Below are positions 12,184-24,120 of a DNA stretch of 64,000 bases, piece after piece. Numbering within the stretch: position 1 is the first letter of the stretch; each line of letters begins with the position of its first letter. The stretch spans positions 147,746,001 to 147,810,000 of the forward strand of contig OZ024742.1 in the NCBI GenBank assembly GCA_964016885.1. Reading direction: 5' to 3'. The translations under genes and the position numbers were made by a program. This DNA is from Eledone cirrhosa (lineage: Eukaryota). The notes under the pieces are model-generated. The model saw only the letters and a list, made by a program, of their open reading frames with translations, did not search any database and was not told the origin of the DNA.

Positions 12184-14196
12184 TCATAGTATGTCTTTTG
12201 AAGAATGCTTCCTCACACACATCACAATGCTATGATACTCACCAGTGTGGATATGCATATGTTCAGTTAAATGACTTTTCCAAGAGAATGACTTACTACA
12301 AATATCACAATGATATGGTTTCTCACGTGTGTGAATACGTTTGTGAACAGTCAAATTACTTTTTACAGAAAATGATTCTCCACACACATCACAATGGTAT
12401 GGTTTTTCACCAGTGTGGATACGTACATGGTCAGTTAAATGACTTTTCCGAGAGAATGTTTTACCACAGTTATCACAAAGGTATGGTTTCTCACCTGTGT
12501 GGATACGTTTGTGTCTAGTTAATGAACTATTGTCAGAAAATGTTTTCCCACAGATATCACAATGATATGGGTTATCTCCTGTATGATTTCGTTTGTGAAT
12601 AATTAACTTATTTCCAAGAGAGAAGCTTTCCCCACACACATCACAATGGTATGGTTTTTTCCCAGTGTGGCTATGTACATGTTCTGTTAAATGATGTTTC
12701 TCAGAGAATGTTTTACCACAAATATTACAGTGGAATGGTTTTTCACCACTGTACTCATGTTTGGATGTAGTTAATTCACTACTGTTTGAAAATGTTTTCT
12801 CAGAGACATCACAATGGAATATTTTCAATCCAGTGTGGATTCGTTTGTGAACAGTAAGGTTTTCACTGTCATAGAAGGCTTCTCCACAGATATCACAATG
12901 GTATGGTTTCTCACTTGTGTGAATACGTCTGTGAACAGTCAAATTACTTCTTAAAGAGAAAGTTTTCCCGCACACATCACAATGGTATGGTTTCTCACCT
13001 GTGTGGATTCGTACATGTTCAGTTAAATGACTTTTGTCAGAGAATGTTTTACCACAGATATCACAATGGTATGGTTTCTCACCTGTGTGAATGCGTTTAT
13101 GAACAGTCAAATTACTTCTGACAGAGAATATTTCCCCACACATATCACAATGATATGGTTTTTCACCAGTGTGGATTCGTACATGGTCAGTTAAATGACT
13201 TTTCCGGGAGAATGTTTTACTACAGGTATCACAGTTGAATGGTTTCTCACCTGTGTGCATACGTTTGTGTCTAGTTAATGAACTATTGTTAGGGAAAGTT
13301 TTTCCACAAACATCACAGTGGTATGGTTTCTCTCCTGTGTGAATACGTTTATGAACATTCATGCTATGTTTTGCAGAGAATATTTTCCCACACACATCAC
13401 AATGGTATGGTTTTTCATCAGTGTGGCTATGTACATGTTCTGTTAAATTATGTTTCTCAGAGAATGTTTTACCACAAGTATTACATTGGAATGGTTTCTC
13501 ACCAGTGTTCTCATGTTTGGGTGTAGTTAATTCACTACTGTTTGAAAATGCCTTCCCAGAGGCATCACAATGGAACAGTTTCACTCCAGTGTGAATTTGT
13601 TTGTGAACAGTAAGCTTTTCACTGTCATAGAAGGTTTTCCCACAGATATCACAATTAAATGGTTTCTCACCATCATGGATGCGTACATGTTGAGTTAAAT
13701 TACTTTTCCAAGAAAATGTTTTCTCACAAATATCACAGTTAAATGGTTTCTCACCAGTGTGGATACGTACATGTTCAGTTAAGTGACTTTTCCGAGAGAA
13801 AGTTTTACCACAAGTTTCACAGTGGTGTATTTTTTCACCTGTATGCACATATATGTGTGCAGTTAGTGAACTATTGTCAGAAAATATTTTTCCACAGATA
13901 TCACAGTGGTATGTTTTATCTCCTGTGTGAATTCGTCTATGAATAGTTAACTTATGACCTATAGAGAAGGCTTTTCCACATATATTACATAGAAATGGTC
14001 TCTCTCCTGTGTGAATACGTTTGTGAACAGTCAAATTACTTTTTACAGAGAATGCTTCCCCACACACATCACATTGGTATGGTTTCTCGCCAGTGTGGAT
14101 ACGTACATGTTCAGTAACATGACTTTTCCGAGAGAAAGTTTTGCCACACACATCACAGTTGTATGGTTTCTCACTAGTATGTTTGTGATCTGTCAT
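12184..14196 (-). CDS. Tandem C2H2 zinc-finger protein, about 670 aa, 23 finger units (21 intact, units 8 and 17 degenerate)
   Basis: Uninterrupted array of CxxC..HxxxH/TGEKP units. First ATG at 14196; the ORF track starts at TTG 14277 and there is an in-frame stop just upstream. Acceptor TTTATTTCAG at 14391 and candidate donor GTAAGT at 15254. Confidence 0.92.
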   Translation of the reverse strand: MTDHKHTSEKPYNCDVCGKTFSRKSHVTEHVRIHTGEKPYQCDVCGEAFSVKSNLTVHKRIHTGERPFLCNICGKAFSIGHKLTIHRRIHTGDKTYHCDICGKIFSDNSSLTAHIYVHTGEKIHHCETCGKTFSRKSHLTEHVRIHTGEKPFNCDICEKTFSWKSNLTQHVRIHDGEKPFNCDICGKTFYDSEKLTVHKQIHTGVKLFHCDASGKAFSNSSELTTPKHENTGEKPFQCNTCGKTFSEKHNLTEHVHSHTDEKPYHCDVCGKIFSAKHSMNVHKRIHTGEKPYHCDVCGKTFPNNSSLTRHKRMHTGEKPFNCDTCSKTFSRKSHLTDHVRIHTGEKPYHCDMCGEIFSVRSNLTVHKRIHTGEKPYHCDICGKTFSDKSHLTEHVRIHTGEKPYHCDVCGKTFSLRSNLTVHRRIHTSEKPYHCDICGEAFYDSENLTVHKRIHTGLKIFHCDVSEKTFSNSSELTTSKHEYSGEKPFHCNICGKTFSEKHHLTEHVHSHTGKKPYHCDVCGESFSLGNKLIIHKRNHTGDNPYHCDICGKTFSDNSSLTRHKRIHTGEKPYLCDNCGKTFSRKSHLTDHVRIHTGEKPYHCDVCGESFSVKSNLTVHKRIHTREKPYHCDICSKSFSWKSHLTEHMHIHTGEYHSIVMCVRKHSSKDIL

Positions 14197-14899
14197 GCTA
14201 ACTCTTTCAGAGCATGTTTTCACACATATATCAGAGAAGTATAATCTTTCAATAATATCAATCAAAATGTACTCCAAGTTTATAGAGAAGAGTTGTTTAT
14301 GATCTTTATAATGTCAGTCTTGTGGTTTCAAACGCTGACAAATTGATATATCTTGAATCAACAATGACCATCTCAATGTCACCACAAACTCTGAAATAAA
14401 TAACATAAGGTAGAAAGGACAATGAATAGTTAACATAAAGGTCATTAGAAAGAAGTGACTTGACTTGAGACATTGAATGTTAGATTAAGAAAGAAAGGTT
14501 TGAAAATATGTACAGTGGAAAAACACAGCAGTATGGATATATAGTGTAAATAGATGTGTGAATGATAGACTTTAGAAAATAATAATAATTGTTTCTACTA
14601 TTGGCACAAGGCCAGCAATTACCCAGTACATTACTGGTACTTTAGAAAATAATAATAATGAAATACTTTGATGGTGAAAGAATACAGAGATAGTAGAAAT
14701 ATACTGACACTGCAAGTCTTAGACAGTGGATCTTTGATGTAGTGGTGGAGGTGGTATTGGAGGTTTTAGTGTGATATGGCGCTTGTGGTGATCGTAATGA
14801 GGTGTTGGTGTTGTCTTTGTGATGGTGGTGTAGTGGTGGGTTGCTGGTTGGGATGGTGGTGTAGTGGTGGGTTGCTGGTTGGGATATCTCCAAACGTTA

Positions 14900-15192
14900 C
14901 TCAACAGAGTGCGTAGCTCAGTGATCAGGAAGTCACTCTCTGTAGAGCTGCAACTTCCAAATCAAGAGATGACAGCTCTAGTGTTATGGGCATGTGGCTA
15001 GAATGCTAAGATTTTATGGGTAAAGCCAATGGGCAGCAGACCCAGAGGTAGACCATGAGCAAGATAGTTAGATAACATCCATGAGCTCGGTTGATCTTGT
15101 TAGGGGATGCAACCAAATCTTTGGGAGACGGTTGCTTCTGAAAGGACTCCGCCACCCAGGTCCTCCCAGGAATAAGTGGGAGGAGAAGAAGA
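14900..15192 (+). mobile_element. RTE 3' fragment
   Basis: GHVARM...GSRPRGRP..R.LDNIHELG; same family as 16720-16950 (+) and about 35345-35480 (-). Confidence 0.65.
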
Positions 15193-15660
15193 TATGGAAT
15201 ATTAGGTGATAAAGATTATGTTATGTACGATAAATAAATGTGGACACCACTTACATGGGTAAGTGACAAAAGAAGATATAAAGGAAACACGAGATCTGCG
15301 AGTCTTTACATCTCATGTTGATGGGTTTATGACAGAAACAGTTAAATGCGATTTAGCAATCTACCCGTAATGGTTGCAAAATATACACATTATGAATAGA
15401 TTTTTTATTTAATTATTTTCTCTAAACACATATCTAATCAGAGATATTAGCTACATGGTACAGACTACGATAGGGAGCACATACAATTGATTAAAAGTGA
15501 ACATTAAAAAGCCCATTGAACATCTGTGTATGTGTGTGTACTGACACAAACACACGTAGAGACGTGGAGAGAATAAAACTGTGTCCAAAATATATGAAGA
15601 CTCACTACAAATTGATTTGGTAGAAATGACACAGCTGGCAAAGAAGAATAACAATGGAGG

Positions 15661-15808
15661 GGAAAATCGGGACAGTATGTCACAATTTTAACAAATAGTT
15701 CAATGTCACCATGAATTGTGGTGGTAAATAGTTTATAAAATTCAACATTACTTATCTCTACTTTTCAATAAAGATTAAAGTTGAATGAAAAGAACAGCTA
15801 ACAATCAA
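15661..15808. promoter_or_regulatory. Conserved block upstream of ZNF gene 2, paralogous to 6643-6898
   Basis: gggacagtatgtcacaatt...caatgtcaccatgaattgtggtggtaaat. Confidence 0.5.
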
Positions 15809-15854
15809 TATATACTGTGGGTTGTTGTACAGTAGAGATTATTTTCGTTTTTTA

Positions 15855-16252
15855 GAAACTGGAGGTGGGATGATCCACGGATTGTTCGATACAATTACAC
15901 CTATATCTCTTTGGAGTTGAATTTATGCTTTTCCAGTCGTTTGTATGTGTTCTGAACGAACCTGGCTTTCAAAACCGTCGGAAATTATTCTGTTCTTTAA
16001 AACTGAATGATTTTCGACAGTTTTGAAGGCCAGATTCGTTCAAAACACATCAAAAACTGTAAGAAAAACAAACTTCACTATTTAAAACGAGACGGCTGTA
16101 ATCGTAAAGAAAATTCCGGGGGAACACCCGTTCCCCAATGAAGTAAAAGCGAAGTTTCCGACGGTTTTGAAGACCAGATTCATTCAAAACACACTCAATA
16201 CCTTAGGAAAAGCAATTTTCATCATCAACAGAGACGGGCGTAATAGTTAAAA
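15855..16252. repeat. Diverged fold-back repeat: one inverted and two direct ~100-130 bp units
   Basis: tgtgttctgaacgaacctggctttcaaaaccgtcggaaa is the reverse complement of tttccgacggttttgaagaccagattcattcaaaacaca, which occurs at about 16010 and 16155. Confidence 0.7.
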
Positions 16253-16719
16253 ATATTATCGTTACAAACTAGGGACTTTGTAATGATGTTGAAATATCAA
16301 TATTAAAAATACAATATTGCAAATTTCCTAAGTAATAATTGCATTTTTAAAATCTTATTTTCATTTCAAATTGATATAAATTACATTTGATTTAAACATC
16401 GCATTTTCATTTAAAATTAATATTAATGTCAAAAATCGAATGAGTGTACATATGTTTCAATGCAAATAGCATTATTGTTTTAAATGAGCGATTTTCTAGA
16501 TAAAGAGGTTAGGACAAATTTGAAGAAGTAAAGTTAAGATTAAATAATTAAAAGGTTGTGTAAACCAGAAAGCAGGGTAAAATTCACTTACTCTGTAAAC
16601 AAGGAGCATCGGAAAGTCTGCTATATGTTAAAAAACAGGAAAAGTAGGTACAAAGGGACACAACTTGTGGCTTAGTTTTGTAAAATGGGAGATAAGTTTG
16701 AATATAGAAACGAGTGATC

Positions 16720-16950
16720 ACTACTCCGATACTATGGGCATGTGATTAGAATATCTCAGGAAAGAATCGTTGGGCAGATTATACGGGTAAAACCAACCAG
16801 TAGGAGACCCAAGAATAGACCCCGAGTAAGATGGTTGGATAACATCCATGAGCTTGGCTGGTCTGACTTGGAGATCCAGCTGAAAGGAGTGTTTGAGGAC
16901 TCTTCCCTCACGGCCCTCTCAGGAACAAGTGGACGAAAAAGAAGACTTCC
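16720..16950 (+). mobile_element. RTE 3' fragment
   Basis: YYGHVIR...RRPKNRPRVRWLDNIHELG. Confidence 0.65.
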
Positions 16951-17474
16951 ATAAATAAAGACTTGCCTTTCGGACACTTGTCCGCCTTTCCACTTAAGAA
17001 GGTAAAGAAAGTATTAGATGCTTTTGCTGCAAACTATAAAAGTAAATAAGCGACGATTCATTTTAGTAGCTAATCATGTAATTAAAGCTAAATATAATAT
17101 ATTTATTAAGCCTATTAGGGTATATTATATTTAACTTTAATTTGATAACAAACGTTATAAAGCTATTTAAGTATCTCTACCTTTACTTTCGAAATACGAA
17201 AACATATCATTGGATTCATTGATTATGCTCCAATCATATATATATATATATACACACTTCAACAGCATTCTAATAAATATGTGTATACATTTTGGGGGGA
17301 CACCCTATATATATATATAGTTATGTAATAAACAACATAAGATAATTATTTCATTTAACAAAGGTTTCTTGAAGACAGATACTTATGTCTGTCTTTGTTT
17401 ATTACATAACTAAAAAGCTCTGTTTCCTACATAGAGCACTCTCTTTTCCTTTACCTTTCCTGCGGAAATACTTC

Positions 17475-17556
<82 letters not shown>

Positions 17557-17700
17557 ATTAAAATACTGGAGCGTGTTGGATTTAAACACCCTCTTCGTAT
17601 TATAGAAATGACAGTAAAAGGTATAGCTCAATGTAATTAAACAGAGCCGAAGAATTATGAAAATAAAACAAAGAAGCCTTCAATACATCAAAAGTCTTTA

Positions 17701-17743
17701 TTAGCCAACAATGTTTCGTCCTATTAAGGACTCATCAGGGCAA
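17701..17743 (-). ncRNA. Minimal type I hammerhead ribozyme motif
   Basis: Exact reverse complement of 18197-18239. Confidence 0.8.
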
Positions 17744-18196
17744 TTAAAACTACAAGAAGCACTATCGGCCAATACAAGCCGAAAACTCCGGAAGATTATG
17801 GGTAAAAATATATAATAAAAATCACTAAGGATGTGGATAACATTTTGAGCCATATTACAAATATAGTCCAAAGCAAAAAACTAGAGCTAAACAAAGGTGG
17901 TTATATAGAGCGAGAATTATAGTACTATATGTAATACAATATAATATAATATAATATACTTGTAACAATATTAAAATTAAAATTAAAAGGCACAATATAC
18001 ATATGTATATATATACACACACGTACGCACATATACATATACATCAATCCACATTTCCATCATTAACAGCACAACTTAAACCTTATTAAGAGTTTAAATA
18101 TAAATAAGCATAATAGGAATAAAAATAAAAATACAAAATAATACGTATATATAGTTTTCGGCTTGTATTGGCCGATAGTGCTTCTTGTAGTTTTAA

Positions 18197-18239
18197 TTGC
18201 CCTGATGAGTCCTTAATAGGACGAAACATTGTTGGCTAA
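18197..18239 (+). ncRNA. Minimal type I hammerhead ribozyme motif
   Basis: GCC-CTGATGA-GTCCT taat AGGAC-GAAA-C att G-TT-GGC: intact core, 5-bp stem II, minimal stem III, GUU triplet, 3-bp stem I. Confidence 0.8.
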
Positions 18240-18281
18240 TAAAGACTTTTGATGTATTGAAGGCTTCTTTGTTTCATTTTC

Positions 18282-18376
<95 letters not shown>

Positions 18377-18407
18377 AGATCAAAAGATGGTTAAAGGAGT
18401 TCCATGT

Positions 18408-18476
18408 ATTTTATTATGCGCATTTCAAAAACAAACATCATCATGCAATAATATTTGTGTTTTCATCAGATAAAAC
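18408..18476 (-). ncRNA. Type I hammerhead ribozyme with long stem II (3' pLTR of PLE copy 1)
   Basis: GTTTTAT-CTGATGA-AAACACAAATATTATT gcat GATGATGTTTGTTTTT-GAAA-TGCGCA-TA-ATAAAAT: 7-bp stem I, 16-position stem II with one mismatch, palindromic stem III, AUA triplet. Confidence 0.88.
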
Positions 18477-19711
18477 AGGAGGACATGATATGAAGGCTAA
18501 AAAACACTTGTGGATAGTGCAGTTTTAAATCAACATATGAAAAGTAGTTTTAGATTGATGTGTGATATTGGGAAAAATATTTTATTTAGAGAGGGGGGGG
18601 TGGAAAGGATGAAAAAAGGGGAGGAGATGAGAGTGAAGGTGGAGAGGGAGAGATGGGTGATAGAGAGAAAGAGATAGTTTTTATAACTGAGAGAAGATAT
18701 ATTGTTTTACATAGAGAGGTTGAAAACCGTTGAAAGATAATGTATAAATTAAAAGAATTTGAAAATTAACGAAGGGAAAAATATGTACGAGGAAAAGATA
18801 TTTTATTTAGAGAGGGGGGTGGAAAGGATGAAAAAAGGGGAGGAGATGAGAGTGAAGGTGGAGAGGGAGAGATGGGTGATAGAGAGAAAGAGATAGTTTT
18901 TATAACTGAGAAAAGATATATTGTTTTACATAGAGAGGTTGAAAACCGTTGGAAGATAATGTATAAATTAAAAGAATTTGAAAATTAACGAAGGGAAAAA
19001 TATGTACGAGGAAAGAGAGGGAGTTGATATATATTGAGATTAAAAAGTTTGAAGATAGAGAGAAAAAATAATAATTGCGGATGAATATTCTAACGTCAAA
19101 AAAAAGGTGTATGTTTATAAGTATTATGGCAATTTCAAAATTAACGAAGAGAAAAAAATTATTAAGGTTTGTGTGTTGAAGGATTTGAGAAAAATAATGT
19201 GAAGTTAAGGTTTGTATATTGAAGGAATTGATAATATGTGCGAAGAAAGAGTTAATATGTATAAAAAAATTATTAAGGTTTGTGTATTGGAGGATTTGAG
19301 AAAAATAATGTGAAGTTAAGGTTTGTATATTGAAGGAATTGATAATATGTGCGAAGAAAGAGTTAATATGTATTAAGAATGAGTTAGATGATGGGGAGAA
19401 AAAAAAATAAATTAAGGATAAATATTCAAGCGTCAAAAGAAGGAGAGGGAGTTAATGTATTGAGATTAAAAAGTTTGATGATGGAGAGAAAAAATAATAA
19501 TAATTGCGGATGAATATTCTAACGTCAAAAAAACAAATGTATATGTTATGAAGGATTTTACAAGGTGAAGATAGAATGAGGGTAATGAGTAAACAAGTAT
19601 TATAGAGTGTATAATGCCCTTTGAAGTAAGGTAGGAAGATGGGTATATTTTAAAGAGGTGTATGTATATGTGCCTTTGAGAAAAGATTCTAAATTGATAA
19701 AGAATTGAATA

Positions 19712-21570
19712 TTAGCTGTATACTTTGTGAAAAGTCCTATGGAATTTATGCAAGCAGATAGAAAACAAATCTGTACGTCTATTTATTATAGAATCTAGAT
19801 TAGAGATAATGGTAAATTTTTCATTTAGGCAGAGATTACAGATTTTAGATAGAGAGCTGTTCAAGTATGGGGACGCAGAAGAAACCTTCTTCCAAAAGAT
19901 GGTATATTTAATGTTTTTGTCTTTCAAGGACCATATGAGTTCTGAGAGAGCCGTGTTGGTTCTTTTAAGTTTGTATTTAAAAGATGAATGATGATTATAG
20001 AGACGAGCTTTAAAAGAGGTGGAAGTGGAGCCAAAATAGGTGAAGGAATTGGTGCTAGTTATAACTTTACATTCATAAATTAAGTTTTTATCAAGACAGT
20101 GGTTGTTGAGAGGACATTTATTTTTAATGCGGCAGTTGCAATTAGAGAGATTATTAATGAGTGACCTAGTGTTATCTATAGAAGGAATTGGATTGGAGAA
20201 GTTGTTTGCGATAGGAATAATAGGAATAATAGTTTCTTGATTTAGAGTTGGATTATGAACATTTAGCGAAGTTGTGTTTGACGTTGTATTTGGGTTTACA
20301 GAAGTTAGCCTAGGGTTTACAATGACGTCGGGAGTATTATTACTGTTATTATGAAATTCAATGTTGGAAGGAAGAGATTTAGTATTTAGTATTTTATTGT
20401 TGTGTTTAGAGATAATGTTGGAAATATTGGAGGATGTAGAATAAGAAAATTTTAAGGTGTGTTTGTTAAATATTTTACTATAGATATGTGAGGGAGGGAA
20501 GCATTTATTTAAGGCACTAAAAAATAATTTAGGAATATTGTTATTAATAGAGAGATGGAGAAAGGAGCATTATACCAGATTATGTTTTTGTATCTAGGTC
20601 TTTTATTAAAGTTATTGGAATGATCATGATTAATTATTCTACTGTAAGTTTTTCTAGAATTTGTTTCTTTACTATATTTGATTTTATCAGGATAACCGGC
20701 TTTAGAAAGTGCGTTATTATAGTAATTGGCGTTAGCATCAAAGATGTTTTTATTAGAAGATATGTTAGATATTCTTTTTCCAATATTACTAACTATAGCA
20801 TTCTTGATATTGGTAGGATGGTTAGATTTAAAGTTAACATAATTTAGGTTCTCATTGTTTTTATGGTAAGGGTAATATAGGCCAGTGTCAAGATTAAGAG
20901 ATACATCCAAGAAATTAGCTAGTTTGATACTATTATCAAATTCAATTTTTAGGTTATGTTGGTTAAAGAGATTACGTATATTGTTCTTAATAATATTAAG
21001 GTTAACTATATTGCAATTTAAGATAGTAAAGAATCCATCGTCACGATAAATTCCACCGCGAAGTTGAGGAATTTTCCGACTCAAAGAGTTCAAAATAAAA
21101 ATACCAATTAAATCAGTCAATTGGGATGAATCGGATGCTCCCATTGTGATGTCGAAGTTGTTAGAGGTATCGGCTCTGGTCCAATATTCGTTGTTGAACT
21201 CTAGGATGGCTTTACGTGCGGTGAGGATGATGTGAAGTTCATCTGTGGTGATGTCAGAATATTTAAGTGCGAAAGATAGAGCATTATTGAGAAGTGAAGG
21301 CGAAATGGAGGAATAGTAGCTGGCAATATCAAATTGAATAAGTTTTAGTTTGTTTTTATTATCCAATTTGTTGAACCAGCCAATCACTTCAGAAGTACCA
21401 AACCATAAATTTAGGTTCAAAGAAGAGCAATTAGAACTAACCTGTGGGATAATTCTATCCAAGATGGCTTTACTAACAACCCCCAGATCAGATTTAGAGG
21501 GGGCGATTAATCTAACAGGTAGTTCAGTGCGAAAATTGTTTTTGTGATCCTTGAGATTTATCCTCGGAGT
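19712..21570 (-). pseudogene. PLE reverse transcriptase-GIY-YIG endonuclease, 5'-truncated, frameshift near 20552
   Basis: KDHK..PVRLIAPSKSDLG, QFDIASYY, FDITMGAS, YRDD, FLDVSL; after the frameshift CNCR..CPL..HC, LIY..YFGSTST.FKAR, CNLCLNEK, CLH. Confidence 0.9.
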
Positions 21571-21674
21571 TCTTTTGATCTTATATATTATGTATACTCC
21601 AGTCCTACAAACTGTAGAGTGCTTCTTATCCGATATCTGCATTGCTTTATTGTACTACAATAAAACTCACCTCC

Positions 21675-21723
<49 letters not shown>

Positions 21724-22614
21724 GAAAGGTATAAAAAACATTGTAGCAAAAGCCAACAGTATTCCATAATATATATATATATATAGTTATGTAATAAACA
21801 ACATAAGATAATTATTTCATTTACCAGTGGTTTCTTGAAAGCAAGCAAAATTTGCTTTCAGTCACTAGAATGAAAAAATCCTGGTGTATTTATTGACAGT
21901 GGATTTTAAAAACAAAAATATAATCTATATGAAAGTGAGGCTGGAAATGGAAGAAGGAAAGGAAAAAGAATAAATATAAAAGTAGATAAACACGCATGCA
22001 CATATATATATACACACATACATATATATATCCATACATACACATATATACATATAAATATATACACATATATATATATATATACACATATATATATATA
22101 CACACACATACACATATATATACACACACGTACATACACACACATACATACACGCACACACATATTTAGAAATATATACACACACCTACATACGCACACA
22201 CACAATTATAAGAAAAAATAAAAAACAATGAACAAACATAATGCAATAGGCCGTCACATAAAAATTAAAAATATACGACTGATTTCGCCTCTTCCACGTG
22301 CGTCCAACTCATTAACACCCGGGAGCTGCCAAACTCGTGTCCACAACGTTCCTGGTCACCAGTAGAGAGAGGCCGATCTGCTGGCCCTTCCGGTCGAGCA
22401 CCCTTCCGGTCAAGCACTCTTCCAGTCGAGCACTCCCCAGCTTCCGGCTAATGCACACCACACCATACCCACAGAAAGGACACAAATAAATAAACAAACA
22501 CACTTGGTAAGCAATACACATACACATATAAATATATACATACACACACATATATATACATATATATATATAAATTCAAAATATTAACAAAATAGATATT
22601 CTTGTGATCAAGTA

Positions 22615-22681
22615 TATTTTATTATACATATTTCAGAGGTACTGAGTTAAGTTCAACAGTACGTCCTCATCAGATAAAATA
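22615..22681 (-). ncRNA. Type I hammerhead ribozyme (3' pLTR of PLE copy 2)
   Basis: TATTTTAT-CTGATGA-GGACGTACTG ttgaacttaact CAGTACCTCT-GAAA-TATGTA-TA-ATAAAATA. Confidence 0.85.
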
Positions 22682-23171
22682 AGATGATCCATGACGTACC
22701 CTGACATAGTAGATGGTTAAGATTCAGTCATGGTAGTGAGTAATATATGACAAAACTCAATATTTATACCTTAATATTGAGAACATGAGAAAAATATATA
22801 ATACATACAATAGAGAGGGTGCGTGTAATACAGCTTAAAAAATACATGGCATCAATATAACTGTTAAGAAAATTCAAATTACTGAAGAAAGAGGAAAGAA
22901 AGGAAAGCATAGAGGAAGAAAACAGCTGATGGGATAATATAGTTAGTAGGTGCCTCGAAAGACAAAAGAGAGATGATTAAAGAGAGAAAGAGAGACAAAG
23001 GGGAATAATTTATGTTCAAGTTTATAGACAATTATCCATATATACAATATATATCTAAACTTATTTGGTTGACCGTTAATATTCAAAATATTTAATTTAA
23101 GTTAGTTCAGAGTAATGGATAATATTTTAGGTTTTAAAAGTTAATAGGTATCTGTATTAATATTATAGTAA

Positions 23172-23991
23172 AAACGGAAAAAATGAAACGAAATTTCATT
23201 TCCCACTCTTAGTACGGCTGTTACTTAAATATAAGTATGTATACGTACATACATATATGTATACAGACGTACAGTAGTATGTATATATATATACATACAT
23301 GCACACATATATATATATGTACGTATGGATTCACCAAACATTTATTATAATGCTCAGTGTGTTTGTAAACAAACATCCCGTATTAAGCCGTAGTGTCTAG
23401 CAACCACCGTTGCTCGTTTGTTCAACACTGACAAAGGACGATAGCTAACAAGCTTGAAACTAGTACAGCGTTCCTTTGTCAGTGTTGAACAAACGAGCAA
23501 CGGTGGTTGCTAGACACTACGGCTTAATACGGGATGTTTGTTTACAAACACACCGAGCATTATAATAAATGTTTGGTGAATCCATACGTACATATATATA
23601 TGTGTGCATGTATGTATATATATATACATACTACTGTACGTCTGTATACATATATGTATGTACGTATACATACTTATATTTACGTAACAGCCGTACTAAG
23701 AGTGGGAAATGAAATTTCGTTTCATTTTTTCCGTTTATGGTTTTCGGTGCACCCGGCCGATTAACCCACTCGATATGCAAATTGGGCTACTCAGCCGTTA
23801 ATATGCATAAGGAAAGTATATACTTTCGGACGTTCAACTATCTGGCAGGAAGGTATAGGTATGCTGACGATAGCTAACAAGCTTGAAACTAGTACAGCGT
23901 TCCTTTGTCAGTGTTGCACAAACGAGCAGCGGTGGTTGCTAGACACTACGGCTTAATACGGGATGTTTGTTTACAAACACACCGAGCATTA
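23172..23991 (+). mobile_element. Retrozyme-like non-coding element: 429-nt HHR-to-HHR monomer preceded by a ~266-bp inverted arm
   Basis: Arms 23172-23438 and 23472-23736 are near-perfect inverted repeats; 23437-23561 is directly repeated at 23866-23990. Confidence 0.65.
23848..23904 (+). ncRNA. Minimal hammerhead-like motif with palindromic loop III
   Basis: CTGACGA-tAGCT aaca AGCTt-GAAA-CTAG-TA-CAGC; GUA triplet at 23892-23894; stem I is weak and bulged, with a distal AGGAA/TTCCT helix. Confidence 0.6.
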
Positions 23992-23995
23992 CGTA

Positions 23996-24120
23996 TAATA
24001 ATAATAATGAAATTATTGTGTACAGTGCTCAGGTGCACTACAACTCATCAAAGGTGCATGTATAGTACATAGAATAATGTACAAATGTCAGGAAAATAAA
24101 CAGTGTATGAGTCATGATAT
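23996..24120 (-). mobile_element. Short CR1 3'-UTR fragment abutting the tail of the next CR1
   Basis: Reverse complement matches 710-830 better than it matches the adjacent CR1 UTR; has its own (ATT)n tail. Confidence 0.8.

Larger units (their letters stand above)
17553..18286. mobile_element. Non-coding PLE-type unit with ~134-bp inverted arms, each carrying an HHR, flanked by long (TA)n
   Basis: 17654-17787 is the near-perfect reverse complement of 18153-18286; (TA)n at 17479-17552 and 18285-18369. Confidence 0.75.
18367..21591 (-). mobile_element. Penelope-like retroelement copy 1 (5'-truncated, Naiad-like)
   Basis: RT + GIY-YIG coding region, 3' region with HHR, 21-bp inverted termini (18367-18387 / 21571-21591), abuts (TA)n. 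Confidence 0.9.

Noticed and set aside
12198-14244. Plus-strand ORFs overlapping the ZNF gene
   Set aside because: Antisense shadows of the repetitive finger codons
18900-19436. 178-aa hydrophobic ORF with an internal repeat
   Set aside because: Low-complexity tandem duplication in the PLE 3' region; TTG start, no recognisable domain
21825-21870. Hairpin tgaaagcaa...ttgctttca in a repeat related to 17318-17410
   Set aside because: Does not satisfy the HHR core; kept only as an unclassified (TA)n-associated repeat
21588-22551. Several ORFs rich in Y/I/C/V/M
   Set aside because: Translations of TA/CA microsatellites
23800-23835. Minus-strand GAAA-GTATATAC-TT resembling an HHR stem III
   Set aside because: No upstream CUGANGA or stem II partner
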